A DNA stretch of 64,000 nucleotides from Octopus bimaculoides (lineage: Eukaryota), in assembly GCF_001194135.2 (NCBI RefSeq), contig NC_068982.1, positions 44,447,296-44,511,295 on the forward strand. The letters are read 5' to 3'. Below, piece after piece: positions 50,298 to 63,712 of the stretch. The notes under the pieces are model-generated. The model was not told the origin of the DNA and did no database searches. It was given only the letters and a program-made list of their open reading frames with translations. The translations under genes were made by a program, and so were the position numbers. Position 1 is the stretch's first letter, and each line of letters starts with the position of its first letter.

Positions 50298-51249
50298 NNN
50301 NNNNNNNNNNNNNNNNNNNNNNNNNNNNNNNNNNNNNNNNNNNNNNNNNNNNNNNNNNNNNNNNNNNNNNNNNNNNNNNNNNNNNNNNNNNNNNNNNNNN
50401 NNNNNNNNNNNNNNNNNNNNNNNNNNNNNNNNNNNNNNNNNNNNNNNNNNNNNNNNNNNNNNNNNNNNNNNNNNNNNNNNNNNNNNNNNNNNNNNNNNNN
50501 NNNNNNNNNNNNNNNNNNNNNNNNNNNNNNNNNNNNNNNNNNNNNNNNNNNNNNNNNNNNNNNNNNNNNNNNNNNNNNNNNNNNNNNNNNNNNNNNNNNN
50601 NNNNNNNNNNNNNNNNNNNNNNNNNNNNNNNNNNNNNNNNNNNNNNNNNNNNNNNNNNNNNNNNNNNNNNNNNNNNNNNNNNNNNNNNNNNNNNNNNNNN
50701 NNNNNNNNNNNNNNNNNNNNNNNNNNNNNNNNNNNACTTGTGTGCGTGTTTGCACGTTTATATATATTCTGACAAATATCATTAAAAGAAAGCTTTCATC
50801 CTTTCAAATATAAAGTTATTAACTACACAGATATTTTGTTTAGCTAAACCGAAATCAATACCAATATTTCCTTCAAACACATAAATCATCAATGAAATGA
50901 ATGAGGCAGACTCTATTAACTGTTTTAAAACCAAATATATTCCAAGATTGGATCATATTTCAGCCATCTTTCTAAATTCATGCAAGAATTTACGAGTAAA
51001 TCCTTTGAATTTTCTTTTTCAAAGTTTTCTTGTGGGTGGATATCTTACAAAAGAGCTGAAAAGAGACATTCGCTAAACCACTTCACAAAATGGTAAACAA
51101 GGATCAATCGGTTAATCATAGAGTCCTATCTTTCAGTTCTTGTATACCTAAAAGGCTGGAACAAATAGACCATGAGAAAGTTAAATACCTTCAAATCGGT
51201 ATCTTCTTTATGCCTTTAACTTGTATCTGTTAGGCATTTTCTTTAAGAT

Positions 51250-51470
51250 CGTTTTCAAATTTTGGCTCAAGGCCAGCAATTTTGGAGGAGGGGATAAGTC
51301 GATTATATCGACCCCAGTACTCGACTGCTACTTAGTTTTTCGACTCCAAAAGGATGAAAGGTAAAGTCGACCCCAGCAGAATTGGAACTCAGAGAGTGAA
51401 GTCGGACGAAATACTGCAAAGCATTATACCGGCGTTGCTAACGATTCTGCCAGCTCGCTGCCTTCTTTTT
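51250..51470 (-). mobile_element. SINE family A, full length
   Basis: Reverse complement of the consensus, ending CTGCCAGCTCGCTGCCTT. Confidence 0.88.
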
Positions 51471-51649
51471 AACATTACAACGATATTTTGATTACATTAA
51501 TTAGTCGTTACCAAGATGTTCGACCGAATCCGCCAAAGCATTATTGTATGCTACAGATTGAGAAACCACAGCATCTCGAAATATCAAAATGCTTGATCAT
51601 CTGACGTTCTGAAAAAATACGTACTAAGTGGATGTTACTAACGGTCTCT

Positions 51650-51880
51650 TTCATCTTTTACTTGTTTCAGTCATAAGAGTGTAGCCATACTGGAACACTG
51701 CATTGAAGGGTTTAGTCAAACAAATCAACCCCGGTGCTTATTGTTTAAGTTTGGTACTTGTTATTTCAGTCTCTTTTCTTGAACTACTAAATTACAGAGA
51801 CGTAAGTAAACTAACATCGTTTGACAAGCGAGAATGGGGTCCAAAGACAAAGACACTCCCCACGCGCCCACACGCATATA
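51650..51880 (-). mobile_element. SINE family B 3' half, broken by a gap at its microsatellite
   Basis: TTTTACTTGTTTCAGTCAT...GACGTAAGTAAAC...GACAAGCG. Confidence 0.75.
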
Positions 51881-52563
51881 TGTATATATATATATATATN
51901 NNNNNNNNNNNNNNNNNNNNNNNNNNNNNNNNNNNNNNNNNNNNNNNNNNNNNNNNNNNNNNNNNNNNNNNNNNNNNNNNNNNNNNNNNNNNNNNNNNNN
52001 NNNNNNNNNNNNNNNNNNNNNNNNNNNNNNNNNNNNNNNNNNNNNNNNNNNNNNNNNNNNNNNNNNNNNNNNNNNNNNNNNNNNNNNNNNNNNNNNNNNN
52101 NNNNNNNNNNNNNNNNNNNNNNNNNNNNNNNNNNNNNNNNNNNNNNNNNNNNNNNNNNNNNNNNNNNNNNNNNNNNNNNNNNNNNNNNNNNNNNNNNNNN
52201 NNNNNNNNNNNNNNNNNNNNNNNNNNNNNNNNNNNNNNNNNNNNNNNNNNNNNNNNNNNNNNNNNNNNNNNNNNNNNNNNNNNNNNNNNNNNNNNNNNNN
52301 NNNNNNNNNNNNNNNNNNNNNNNNNNNNNNNNNNNNNNNNNNNNNNNNNNNNNNNNNNNNNNNNNNNNNNNNNNNNNNNNNNNNNNNNNNNNNNNNNNNN
52401 NNNNNNNNNNNNNNNNNNNNNNNNNNNNNNNNNNNNNNNNNNNNNNNNNNNNNNNNNNNNNNNNNNNNNNNNNNNNNNNNNNNNNNNNNNNNNNNNNNNN
52501 NNNNNNNNNNNNNNNNNNNNNNNNNNNNNNNNNNNNNNNNNNNNNNNNNNNNNNNNNNNNNNN

Positions 52564-52855
52564 AAGTGGTTGAGCATTCCACAGACACGTGTACCCTTAA
52601 CGTAGTTCTCGGGGATATTCAGCGTGACAAAGCTGGGCCTTTGAAGTACAGGTACAACAGAAACAGGAAGAAAGAGTGAGAGAAAGTTGTGGTAAAATAG
52701 TACAGCAGGGTTCGCCACCATCCCCTGCCGGAGCCTCGTGGAGCTTTAGGTGTTTTCGCTCAATAAACACTCACAACACCCGATCTGGGAATCGAAACCA
52801 CGATCCTATGACCGCGTGTCCGCTGCCCTAACCACTGGGCCATTGCGCCTCCACT
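52564..52855 (-). mobile_element. tRNA-derived SINE family D
   Basis: Reverse complement GTGGAGGCGCAATGGCCCAGTGGTTAGGG...GGTTTCGATTCCC; tail shared with family C. Confidence 0.85.
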
Positions 52856-53521
52856 ATTCAAACTAAATATAGGCAGGATTAAACACTAGCTTTAAAATTA
52901 AACTACAACAAGAAACACATAAACCTATGTACATCTGTATCGGTATTAATAGTAAACCTACAATAACTAAATTATATACTAAATAGCGACCAATCTTTAA
53001 GTCCAACAAAATAATAATCCCACCACTCTTTATAGTTACTACTATAATTTTAAAAAGCTGAAAGCTTTATTTTAATTCTCTCCAAAACAAAACATGATTG
53101 AATTGAATTTAACGATTGAATAATATAATGATTATGAGTGAAATACATTATTTCATAATTCAAAAGTTAATAGTAAAACCACTACATACTCATTAATATA
53201 TTATCCTTACAAGCTTTAGTGTAAACTTACCAGTAACTAATAGAAACATTTAATTTATCAAATAGGAACTAATAAAAGTATACTAGTAATTAACTATTAT
53301 TATAAAACCTTGCTACGATTAGAGCTAAATAAAAACTGTTTAAAAGATAATAAAACTACAAATTATTAACACTTACATGTTTTTTTCAAACCACATGGTC
53401 CCATCACTTCTAGAACTTAAAAGACTATCTTAACTATACGTGACGATTTTTGTCTCAATTGTCTCAAACAATATTGGTGACGTAGTAAGCAAATAACATG
53501 AATCGTAAACATTCCAAATCT

Positions 53522-53860
53522 TTATAAATATTTGCTAAGTTGAAGACTAGATACTATCCCATATTTATTTAAAATTTCAAGTCTCCTACCTAAACAGCGA
53601 TTAAAAGTTTTAATCAATTTACCATATCTATACCCATGTTTTATTAAATGTCTTAACAGTTTATTTATTCTATAGAATAATAGTGCTATATCTGACAATT
53701 TGCCCTGCAAAAACACCATAACCAATAAAAGAAGGAATTTTAATACTGAACCATGGCATTGAAGCCACTTGGAGACCAAAATCTTCTGTTTTCTTATAAA
53801 TGCCAGTACATATTTCATTATTATCCTTAATTACTAAATTTATATATTTAAATATACTGG
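53522..53860 (-). pseudogene. Penelope-like RT thumb and C-terminus, ORF ending without a C-terminal endonuclease
   Basis: TGIYKKTEDFGLQVASMPWFSIKIPSFIGYGVFAGQIVRY (YDKRDDF...P...NIP...YGV..SQ..RY motif), one frameshift, then LLRHLIKHGYRYGKLIKTF...KYL*. Confidence 0.75.
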
Positions 53861-54639
53861 CGGTGCCCCAGCATGGCCGCAGCCTCAAGGCTGAAACATA
53901 TAAAAGATTATATATATAAATGTATGCATACATATATATACGTATATATANNNNNNNNNNNNNNNNNNNNNNNNNNNNNNNNNNNNNNNNNNNNNNNNNN
54001 NNNNNNNNNNNNNNNNNNNNNNNNNNNNNNNNNNNNNNNNNNNNNNNNNNNNNNNNNNNNNNNNNNNNNNNNNNNNNNNNNNNNNNNNNNNNNNNNNNNN
54101 NNNNNNNNNNNNNNNNNNNNNNNNNNNNNNNNNNNNNNNNNNNNNNNNNNNNNNNNNNNNNNNNNNNNNNNNNNNNNNNNNNNNNNNNNNNNNNNNNNNN
54201 NNNNNNNNNNNNNNNNNNNNNNNNNNNNNNNNNNNNNNNNNNNNNNNNNNNNNNNNNNNNNNNNNNNNNNNNNNNNNNNNNNNNNNNNNNNNNNNNNNNN
54301 NNNNNNNNNNNNNNNNNNNNNNNNNNNNNNNNNNNNNNNNNNNNNNNNNNNNNNNNNNNNNNNNNNNNNNNNNNNNNNNNNNNNNNNNNNNNNNNNNNNN
54401 NNNNNNNNNNNNNNNNNNNNNNNNNNNNNNNNNNNNNNNNNNNNNNNNNNNNNNNNNNNNNNNNNNNNNNNNNNNNNNNNNNNNNNNNNNNNNNNNNNNN
54501 NNNNNNNNNNNNNNNNNNNNNNNNNNNNNNNATATATATATATATATATATAATTGTATGTATGCATATATATATATATGTATATAAATATATATGCATG
54601 TATGCATGTATATGTGTATATGTTTGCATGTATGTATGT

Positions 54640-54795
54640 ACAAGACGGCTTCCACATAGTTTCTACCAAATTCACTCACAAGGCATTGGTCGGTTCGGGT
54701 CTATAGTAGAAAACACTTGCCCAAGAAGCCGCGCAATGGAGCTGAACCCAAAGCCACGTTGCATAGCGAACTTTATCACACCTGCACCGATACTA
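54640..54795 (-). mobile_element. SINE family B 5' half
   Basis: GACGGCTTCC...CACTCACAAGG...GTAGAAAACACTTGCCCAAG. Confidence 0.8.
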
Positions 54796-57700
54796 AAAAC
54801 ATAGCTGGCAGTAAGTAGTACTGGTCTAAGGCCTCTGTTCATCGTTAGACTGAAATCAGATATATGTAATGTTTCAACTCTCCAGAAATCAGTTGTTCAG
54901 ATGATACCGAGGTGTCACTTGAGCTATGAATAATATAACTAGCAAATAATATTTAAAGGTTTCAGTAAGAATGAATATTTCATGGAGCTGAACACAACAT
55001 CAAGCTCAACATCATTCCTACTTTAAAATAACAAACACAATATTCATTGTGACATTTTATATAGTCCCCGCTTCTGCCTCCCAACAAAGAAAGAGAGAAG
55101 GGGGAAAGAAAGAGATAGAAAGAGACAGAAAGGGCGAGAGAAAGTATTTTAAACACAAAGGGAAACCAAGGCTTGACAGTCACTATATCCTATTCCTATT
55201 ACACGTTAATCTTGTTGTGAATGATCAGGTTGGATTCTGAAAAGCGTCTTTTCTAGAGGCCCAACTTCAATACCAAGTAAAACATTAGTTCTTATTCATA
55301 TAGATTACGGCTCATAAATCTGGTTTCTCAATTCTCCTAGATAAATACATTCAATAGAAATATTACAAAAATCCGTCAATGGAGTCACAGCACCAGAATA
55401 ACATCGAAATCACTAGAAAGACACAAAACTCTACTTTATAGGATGCAGAAGAAAGAGATGCATCATCACCAGCCTCTAGAAAATACGCATAATAAAGTAA
55501 CTGGATATTAAATATAACGTTGTAGATATTGCCAAAAGCCAATGATTTTCTCAGAAAAATATAAGACACGAAACAGTAAATGGATCTCCATCGTTTTCTA
55601 CGATGAGTATTAGATCAACTAAACCACCTGCTCAATGAATTAGCTTGGTTGTGGCCGAGTATTCCACAGACAGGTCAGACAGGTAAACATAATTCTTCGT
55701 CGATAGGAGAGTCAGGGGGTTCATCGTGCGACGTGTCAAGATTTTCAAGTGAAGTACGTGAGAGGGGAACTGGGACAAGGTTCTCGAAGTCGTGTGGGAC
55801 TGGTTTTAGAGCCGACTTACAACCTGCATGCACAATCTTTACTTCGGTCTTCCTTGAAAAACCACTATCAGTCATGCAAAAGTAACAATCAGAGACATGA
55901 TTTGTTGGCTCATGTCATACCATTGGTACAACAAAAGGCCTTCCCTTCCGTTTTCCATTCAGCCACTGTGTAAGCCCTGAGTAATACACGGTGCAGCATA
56001 TATGAGGTGCCCACCTCTTGTCTTGGTCCTAAACTTTACACCCGAAATAATATTTATAGTCCACAGACATAACAAAAGTTGTTTGGGTGATTCACACAGC
56101 CTCTCCTATTCATGATCTACCACAATGAACACAGTTAAAACAGTAACCACGCAGAGCGAGAGATACACATACTACACGTGACGGCAGCGCAAACGACACT
56201 GAGAGTTGCCAAGAACAAACTGACGTATTTGACATTGCACACAATACGTCAGCGCCATCTATTGCTAAACTAAATAATGAACTTTATCATCGTTTGTTTT
56301 ATTGCTGTTATTTCTTTAACTTTGAATTAAGACTGCTTTCATTTTAGCAAATTTTATAATACGGCCTATATCTAGCCGAAAGTATAGTTATAATCTTACG
56401 CATGCGCATAACTCAAATTTCTGACGTACTTGAACAATTCTGAGTGCAGATTCGGAATCAGCATCCTCGATTTAGTCTAAAACACCTGCTTTTACCCCAG
56501 TAGCAAAATCTTTGTTGTCCAGTGTTTTCAAAGAAATATCCACATCAACAGGACAGCTGACCGCTATGACGGTACATATTTTTTCTTGTTTGTCCCAAAC
56601 AATATCATGCTTATTATGCTTACTATGTATGTATGTATGTATGTATGTATGTATGTATGTATGTATGTATGTATGCATGTATCTATGTATGTATTATTTA
56701 TGTATATTTCTATGCATCTAAAACCAGATCCGATGGGCTTCTTCACAGTTTCTTTTACCGAATTCTACTCACAAGAGTTTGAAATGAACCTGTAACCTCA
56801 TGACAGCGAAATTAACTTTTCGAACCACACAGCCAAGTACAAAAATGCTAGGAGGGTGGGGGGAGTGGGTGCGAATGTATAATCTCCGTTGTATGTGTTT
56901 ATATGTTTATGTCTGTGCGCTTGTGGCGAATCATATGTATACAGCTATCTTTTTATAACTATGTTCATGAATGTCTGTGTATGTTTCCAATAATACGAAA
57001 TTAAACATAGGCATCAATTCCAAGACGATTTACGGAAGTTCTTCAAGCATCCAGCCATCCTGTTTCAGATCCGTTCGCTTTAATAAGTATTTATTACCAA
57101 CATGACCGGATGGAAACACAAGAATATAAGCAAACACGTAGGTGCGTGTACTTATTTTTCCTTATGCATCGACATGTAAGGTGCCATTTACTTTAAGTCG
57201 GGATACCCAATACAATATATTGAATCGTAATTTCGATTGGACTACTGAAGAAACATTTTAAGATAAAGATAATCATTTAGTAGTTCAGGTCAGTGAAATA
57301 GGTCACTACACCATTTTTGGTTGATTGCCATCTAGGAAAATCCATTCCTCCCTTTGCGGGTTGTTTGAAACTGTATTTAGTTTCAATTCAAAAATAGTTA
57401 AAATTAGATATCTTATTCATCTAAACTGTACCACAATCAATTCTGGATACAAAACAGAGATTCATATTCGCATAATTATGCATACACACACACACACACA
57501 TTCACACAAACTGAAAAGAACACACATACACATCCACACAAACACATACACATACATACATATATTCATACAAGCGATTCATGTGTGCATACCCATTTAC
57601 GTATATACACGCACAAGTGTGTGTGTGTGTGTGTGTGCGTGCGCGCGCGTGTGTTTGTTTAACATAATTGTAGAGGAGAAGTTCGCTTCGCAAGCATGTT

Positions 57701-57849
57701 GTTTTGGGTTCAGTTCCACCGTGCAAATGTCTTGAGCAAGTGTTTTCTACTATGGTCTCAGATTAGCCAATATTTGTGAGTGTAAATGTACGCAATCCCA
57801 TGGTATATATACATACATTTGAGTAGATTTGTATGCGTGTATATGTTGT

Positions 57850-57891
<42 letters not shown>

Positions 57892-58139
57892 GCAAATATA
57901 TGTTCATAAAATTTGGCTGAATTTTATAGGTGAGCGTTTGGTCCAATCGTATGCGCATGGAGCCGTGTAAGCGTTATGTGAGTTCGATTCTGGCTAGGGT
58001 TAGCTCTTTATTTTTCAGTCAATTGCTTATATAAAATTTGGAGAATATATATTATTATTATGATATATATATATACACACATATATATATATATATTGTA
58101 TGAATTATACATATATATATATACGCATATATATTATGC

Positions 58140-58351
58140 AACACATATATGTATATATATATATGTACATGCATGTATGTGCGTATTCATGTGTATACAA
58201 TTGGTCTGTAGCTCGTAAATCCGAAAAGAAGCACATTAAAACTTTAGAGCAGTAGTATATATATATATATATATATANNNNNNNNNNTGTATACAATTGG
58301 TCTGTAGCTCGTAAATCCGAAAAGAAGCACATTAAAACTTTAGAGCAGTAG

Positions 58352-58382
<31 letters not shown>

Positions 58383-58520
58383 TACTAGTCTAAAGTTTTA
58401 GTGTGCTTTTCGGATTTACGAACTATAGACCAATTGTATACACAAGCATACTCACATATATACATGTATATGTGTGTGTGTGTGTGCATAATATATATAT
58501 ATATATATATACATATATAT
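58140..58520. repeat. Inverted repeat around a (TA)n centre
   Basis: GTATACAATTGGTCTGTAGCTCGTAAATCCGAAAAG...CTTTAGAGCAGTAGT versus its reverse complement from 58381. Confidence 0.8.
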
Positions 58521-58623
58521 ATGTATATGTATATGATATACATGTGTGTATATAAATATATTGGTATAATACACGTGAGTATTATATGTATATGTGCAAA
58601 TATATGTATATATATACATATGC

Positions 58624-58669
<46 letters not shown>

Positions 58670-59412
58670 ATATATATATATCACAAGTGTGTGCTTGGGT
58701 ATTAATTTCTATTTAGACAGAGATTGGAAGAATATCTTTTAACTATTGTTTGCGCATCTATCGAAGAATTTACTATTACGTCGATAAGAAAATCTATATT
58801 ATAGCGAAAGATTTATTGATTATTCCTTCTCTTCCAAGACGCCGTTTTCGAACTAATACACAGATTGTGTTAAGAAAGCGTGACATCAGAAAATCGGTTA
58901 ATAGTCGAATTGGTATAAATTGTAGAACATACATCTCCGATACCATTGCAGTTGTGATTTCTTTTATTCGACATGTTTGTTAGTAACTATTTCTCTTCGC
59001 GTAACATAGTTTTCTTCAATGGATTTCATTGTAGTGGCCTTTAAGAATCTTTATATATATATATATATATATANNNNNNNNNNNNNNNNNNNNNNNNNNN
59101 NNNNNNNNNNNNNNNNNNNNNNNNNNNNNNNNNNNNNNNNNNNNNNNNNNNNNNNNNNNNNNNNNNNNNNNNNNNNNNNNNNNNNNNNNNNNNNNNNNNN
59201 NNNNNNNNNNNNNNNNNNNNNNNNNNNNNNNNNNNNNNNNNNNNNNNNNNNNNNNNNNNNNNNNNNNNNNNNNNNNNNNNNNNNNNNNNNNNNNNNNNNN
59301 NNNNNNNNNNNNNNNNNNNNNNNNNNNNNNNNNNNNNNNNNNNNNNNNNNNNNNNNNNNNNNNNNNNNNNNNNNNNNNNNNNNNNNNNNTCTCTCTCTCT
59401 CTCTCTCTCTCT

Positions 59413-59447
<35 letters not shown>

Positions 59448-59449
59448 AC

Positions 59450-59630
59450 CGGTATTTCGGACGAAATTCCTAGCGGCATATCATCCGTCTTTATGCTCTG
59501 GATTCAAATTCACCCAGGGTCAACATTGCACTTCATCGTTTGCGAGTCCATAAATAATTACCAGTTGAACATATTAACTTAGCTCCTCCCCCAAACCTGC
59601 AAGCTTTACGCCAAAATTTGAAGCTAGTAT
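59450..59630 (+). mobile_element. SINE family A, diverged
   Basis: GGACGAAATTCCTAGCGGC...GATTCAAATTCACC...TAATTACCAGTTGAAC. Confidence 0.7.
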
Positions 59631-60043
59631 ACAATCCACCATCATCAGGTCAAATTTTAAACAGGAAAGACTTTTACTCTGGTCAGTTTTAAATATGGCC
59701 TCGGACATAGCCAACATTAGCTGGATTCGTGATGCATCTAAGTCTTACATTCGAACATATAGAATTAGATGTTGTAGCTTAATACAGCCAAATAGTAAAC
59801 AAAGAGATCATAAAAATATGCAATTCAAATTCACTTATCTAAATTAGCTTATAGTTTAACAATGACACCGAATAATCTCAAAAATCAATTGACATAGCTT
59901 TGCCAGAAACTGAAATTGAAAAGTCATTAAAACCTCAGCAGGTTTAGGTTCAGTTAAAGGTGATTATGTCAAGGAGTTCGCCGAACACCAACATCAAGCA
60001 GTCATCAACCTTCACCCCTTCTTATCCATAAGTAGTACAATAG

Positions 60044-60107
<64 letters not shown>

Positions 60108-61739
60108 TGTACCTATATATGCATGTATGTATACATATAGATGTACGTATGTACATATATGTATGGATATATGCATATATTTATATATTGTTTATATTAT
60201 TATATGATCGAACGGCACACATGTACATAGCACACACGCGCAAACGCACACGCACATTTATATATATGTATATATATATATATACACACGCACGCACACA
60301 CACATATGCACATACACATACGCACACATACCGATGTAGATATAGACTTAGATATAGGGATATAAATACCACTATAAAATGTAAACATAAATATATAACT
60401 GAATATATGAAAATAAAATCAGTAAAGCACTACGGGAAATGGGAGGTCATACGCTAGACAATCAAATATTTCACAAGTGTTTGGAACACAAAAGTTGCAT
60501 AATATAACAATATAAAGACATAAAAAGGGAGAATAAACGATATAATGTTACATTTTAATTGTTGGGCAGAGAAAGGCAAGCGGCAGGAGGTGACTTAACA
60601 ATAAGCATGTATAGATATCCAAGTTAATGTGAAAGCATAAATTGCTCCTAGCATTAAATAACATTCAAACGAGAAGAATTTACTTAACTAAATTACAAAG
60701 TATTGGTTTAAATAAATACTTATAAGTAAAGGTAGATATGCAAAGCATCTTATTAAAAGGATTTAATGTATAAAAATGTTTCTAATAGAGTGCGTGCATT
60801 TTACCCAAAGTTCACTGGACCATGCCTGAACATTTTCGTATTTCCGATAATTCAGTGGAGCAAATTCTAAACCCATACACATCATTTGAATAAAGTAAGG
60901 TGCGTTTGATTACGCTCCAGGTAATTTGGAACTCGACATTTTATCTTTCAATTCCCAGATTTTTTTTTCAGCGAGTGACTTAACTTTGCCTTTATCACGT
61001 CTCCTAAAAGTATGAAAATGATTATATAATCTACGCTTAAATAATGATCCGGTTGCACCAATATAGGTAGATTAGTTCGCACATCACTTCTACAGAGAAT
61101 ATTTTTAGTGAGACATTAATTATTAAGAGGACAGAAAAGTTTATTTTTAAAAGTACACAACATAGGAGACGTATGGCCATAAATGTTGCCCGTGTTAACA
61201 GTAAGAATAGGAAACTGTTGCTTGTATGCAGTTCGAGGAGAGTAATAATTATCGTTAAAGCTATAAGATTCACTCACATTATCCAGGATTAAACAAGGGT
61301 CAACGGTGTCGTTAATATATCTGAAAGAACTGCTAATGCTAGGGTAATTATCAATGCAGTTACTTGATTTATTAATATTGTTATTAATATTGTTGTTGCC
61401 AACAGTTTGCATATTTACATTATTTATGCCAGTATAAACGTAATCGCCATTTATATTAAAATCTTAGCAAGTGACTATCTGTGATAATGTTAATGACACT
61501 ATAGCTACTGTCAACACAATTACTGCCACTTTGACAGCTGGCACTACTATCTATAGATGTGTAGTAGTTGGAGGTTATAGCAGTCGATTGATCGCAGTGA
61601 GTTTTATGTTATCGTACCTAGCCATTTCTGGCGTCCTACGAGCTGATGTAACTTGGTTCACTTGAATCCTCATAACAAAATCACATCACACAGACATACA
61701 GAAACTCACACATGTGCACGCACACGCACACACATACAC

Positions 61740-61774
<35 letters not shown>

Positions 61775-61839
61775 TGTATGTATGAATGAATGAATGAATG
61801 AATGAATGAATGTGTGTGCGTGAGTATTATATATATACT

Positions 61840-62280
61840 CTTTACTCCTTTACTCTTTTACTTGTTTCAGTCATTTGACTGTGGCCATGCTGGATCACCG
61901 CCTTTAGTCGAGCAAATCGACCCCAGGACGTATTCTTTGTAAGCCTAGTACTTATTCTATCGGTCTCTTTTTGCCGAACCGCTATGTTACTGGGACGTAA
62001 ACACACCAGTATCTTTTGTCAAGCGATGATGTGGGGACAAACACAGACACACAAACACACACACACATATATATACATATATATACATATATATACATAT
62101 ATATACATATATACGACGGGCTTCTTTCAGTTTCCGTCTACCAAATCCACTCACAAGACTTTGGTCGGCCCGAGGCTATAGTGGAAGACACTTGCTCAAG
62201 ATGCCACGCAGTGGGACTGAACCCGGAACCATGTGGTTCGTAAGCAAGCTACTTACCACACAGCCACTCCTACACCTATA
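61840..62280 (-). mobile_element. SINE family B, full length, young
   Basis: High identity to 26355-26778; (TACTCTTT)n tail on the plus strand. Confidence 0.92.
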
Positions 62281-62390
62281 TATATATATAGTAATGATAA
62301 GACAACAAAAGAATGAGACCTCGGTATTATGTAAATAGAGGAATTTATCTGTAATATAATATACAGACAGACAGACAGACAGATAAATAA

Positions 62391-62442
<52 letters not shown>

Positions 62443-62479
62443 ACATACCATTACCACTGTTTCCATAATTATCATCAGT

Positions 62480-62678
62480 ATCAACATTACATCATCATCA
62501 TCGCTTTCACCAAATGTATCCCAACCATGACCACGCCAACCTCCACCTTTCGTAACATCCACTGCTATTTCCAATAATACAAACATCACCACCATCACCA
62601 TTCTCTTCTTCGCCAGCCTCCTCGCAATCAAAATCATCATCATCGTCATCATCATCCTCCTCGTCATCATCATCATCC

Positions 62679-62712
<34 letters not shown>

Positions 62713-63393
62713 TCATCATCATTCATCCTCCTCCTCCTCCTCCTCCTCCTCCTCCTCCTCATCATCATCATCATCATCATCATTATCACCATCATCAACA
62801 TTATCATCATCATTATCACCATATTCATCACCATTACAATCTTGATTACTCTAGTCTGCATCCAACTCATCACCTACAACTCCTGTCTTGGATTCAGCGC
62901 AATCATCAATCATATTCATTACTCCAATTACCAAAACTATCACCAACAACAACCACAACAACACCGACACAGACACCATCATCTTGACAATATTCACAAG
63001 CACCACAACGGCACCCGCCTCAATCCTCTTCACCGTCAGCCACCATCCGTCTTTTCGTCAACACCATCACCGACCTCGCTACCGCCACCGCACCACTTAA
63101 TATATCACCACAACTACCTTCATTAAGACTGTCAGTGCCCTCCCCCCACCTCTCCGTCCTCATCTTCCACCTCACTCATCCCACTGCTATCCACTCATCC
63201 TCGCTGCTGGCGCCACGGATACCATAATATGTTCAGCAGCATCATTATCAACATTATTATCGTCTCCTTCATCATCATCATCATCATCTTCATCATCATC
63301 GTCATCATCATCATCATCATCAACATCATCATCATCATCACCGTCATCGTCATCATCATTCATCATCATCATCATCATCATCACCATCATCAC

Positions 63394-63438
<45 letters not shown>

Positions 63439-63440
63439 TC
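62480..63440. repeat. Compound trinucleotide microsatellite (ATC/TCC/ACC)
   Basis: Long (CAT)n and (CCT)n runs visible directly. Confidence 0.95.
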
Positions 63441-63492
63441 CCTGCTTCTTATCCACTGCACTCACTAACATATTACTATTACTCTACTCTTT

Positions 63493-63712
63493 CTAAAGTG
63501 GCGAGCTGGCAGAGTCGTTAACACGCCGTGCAATATACTCAGCGCCATTTCGTCTTTCTTCACGTTCTGAGTTCAAATTCCACCAAGGTCGACTTTACAT
63601 TTCATTTTTTCTGAGTCAATAAAATAAGTACCCAGTTGAGCATTGAGGACGTTGAAATCGACTTCCCCATCCCCATAAACCTGATAGACTTGTGCCGAAA
63701 TTTGAAATCGTT
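63493..63712 (+). mobile_element. SINE family A, full length
   Basis: AAAGTGGCGAGCTGGCAGAGTCGTTAAC...GTTCAAATTCC...AATAAGTACCCAG. Confidence 0.85.

Noticed and set aside
58289-58352. Direct repeat of 58194-58257
   Set aside because: Identical sequence on either side of a 10-N gap; most likely overlapping contig ends.
62176-63471. Poly-Met, poly-Asp, poly-His and poly-Ile ORFs
   Set aside because: They are readings of the (ATC)n microsatellite; no domain or splice evidence.
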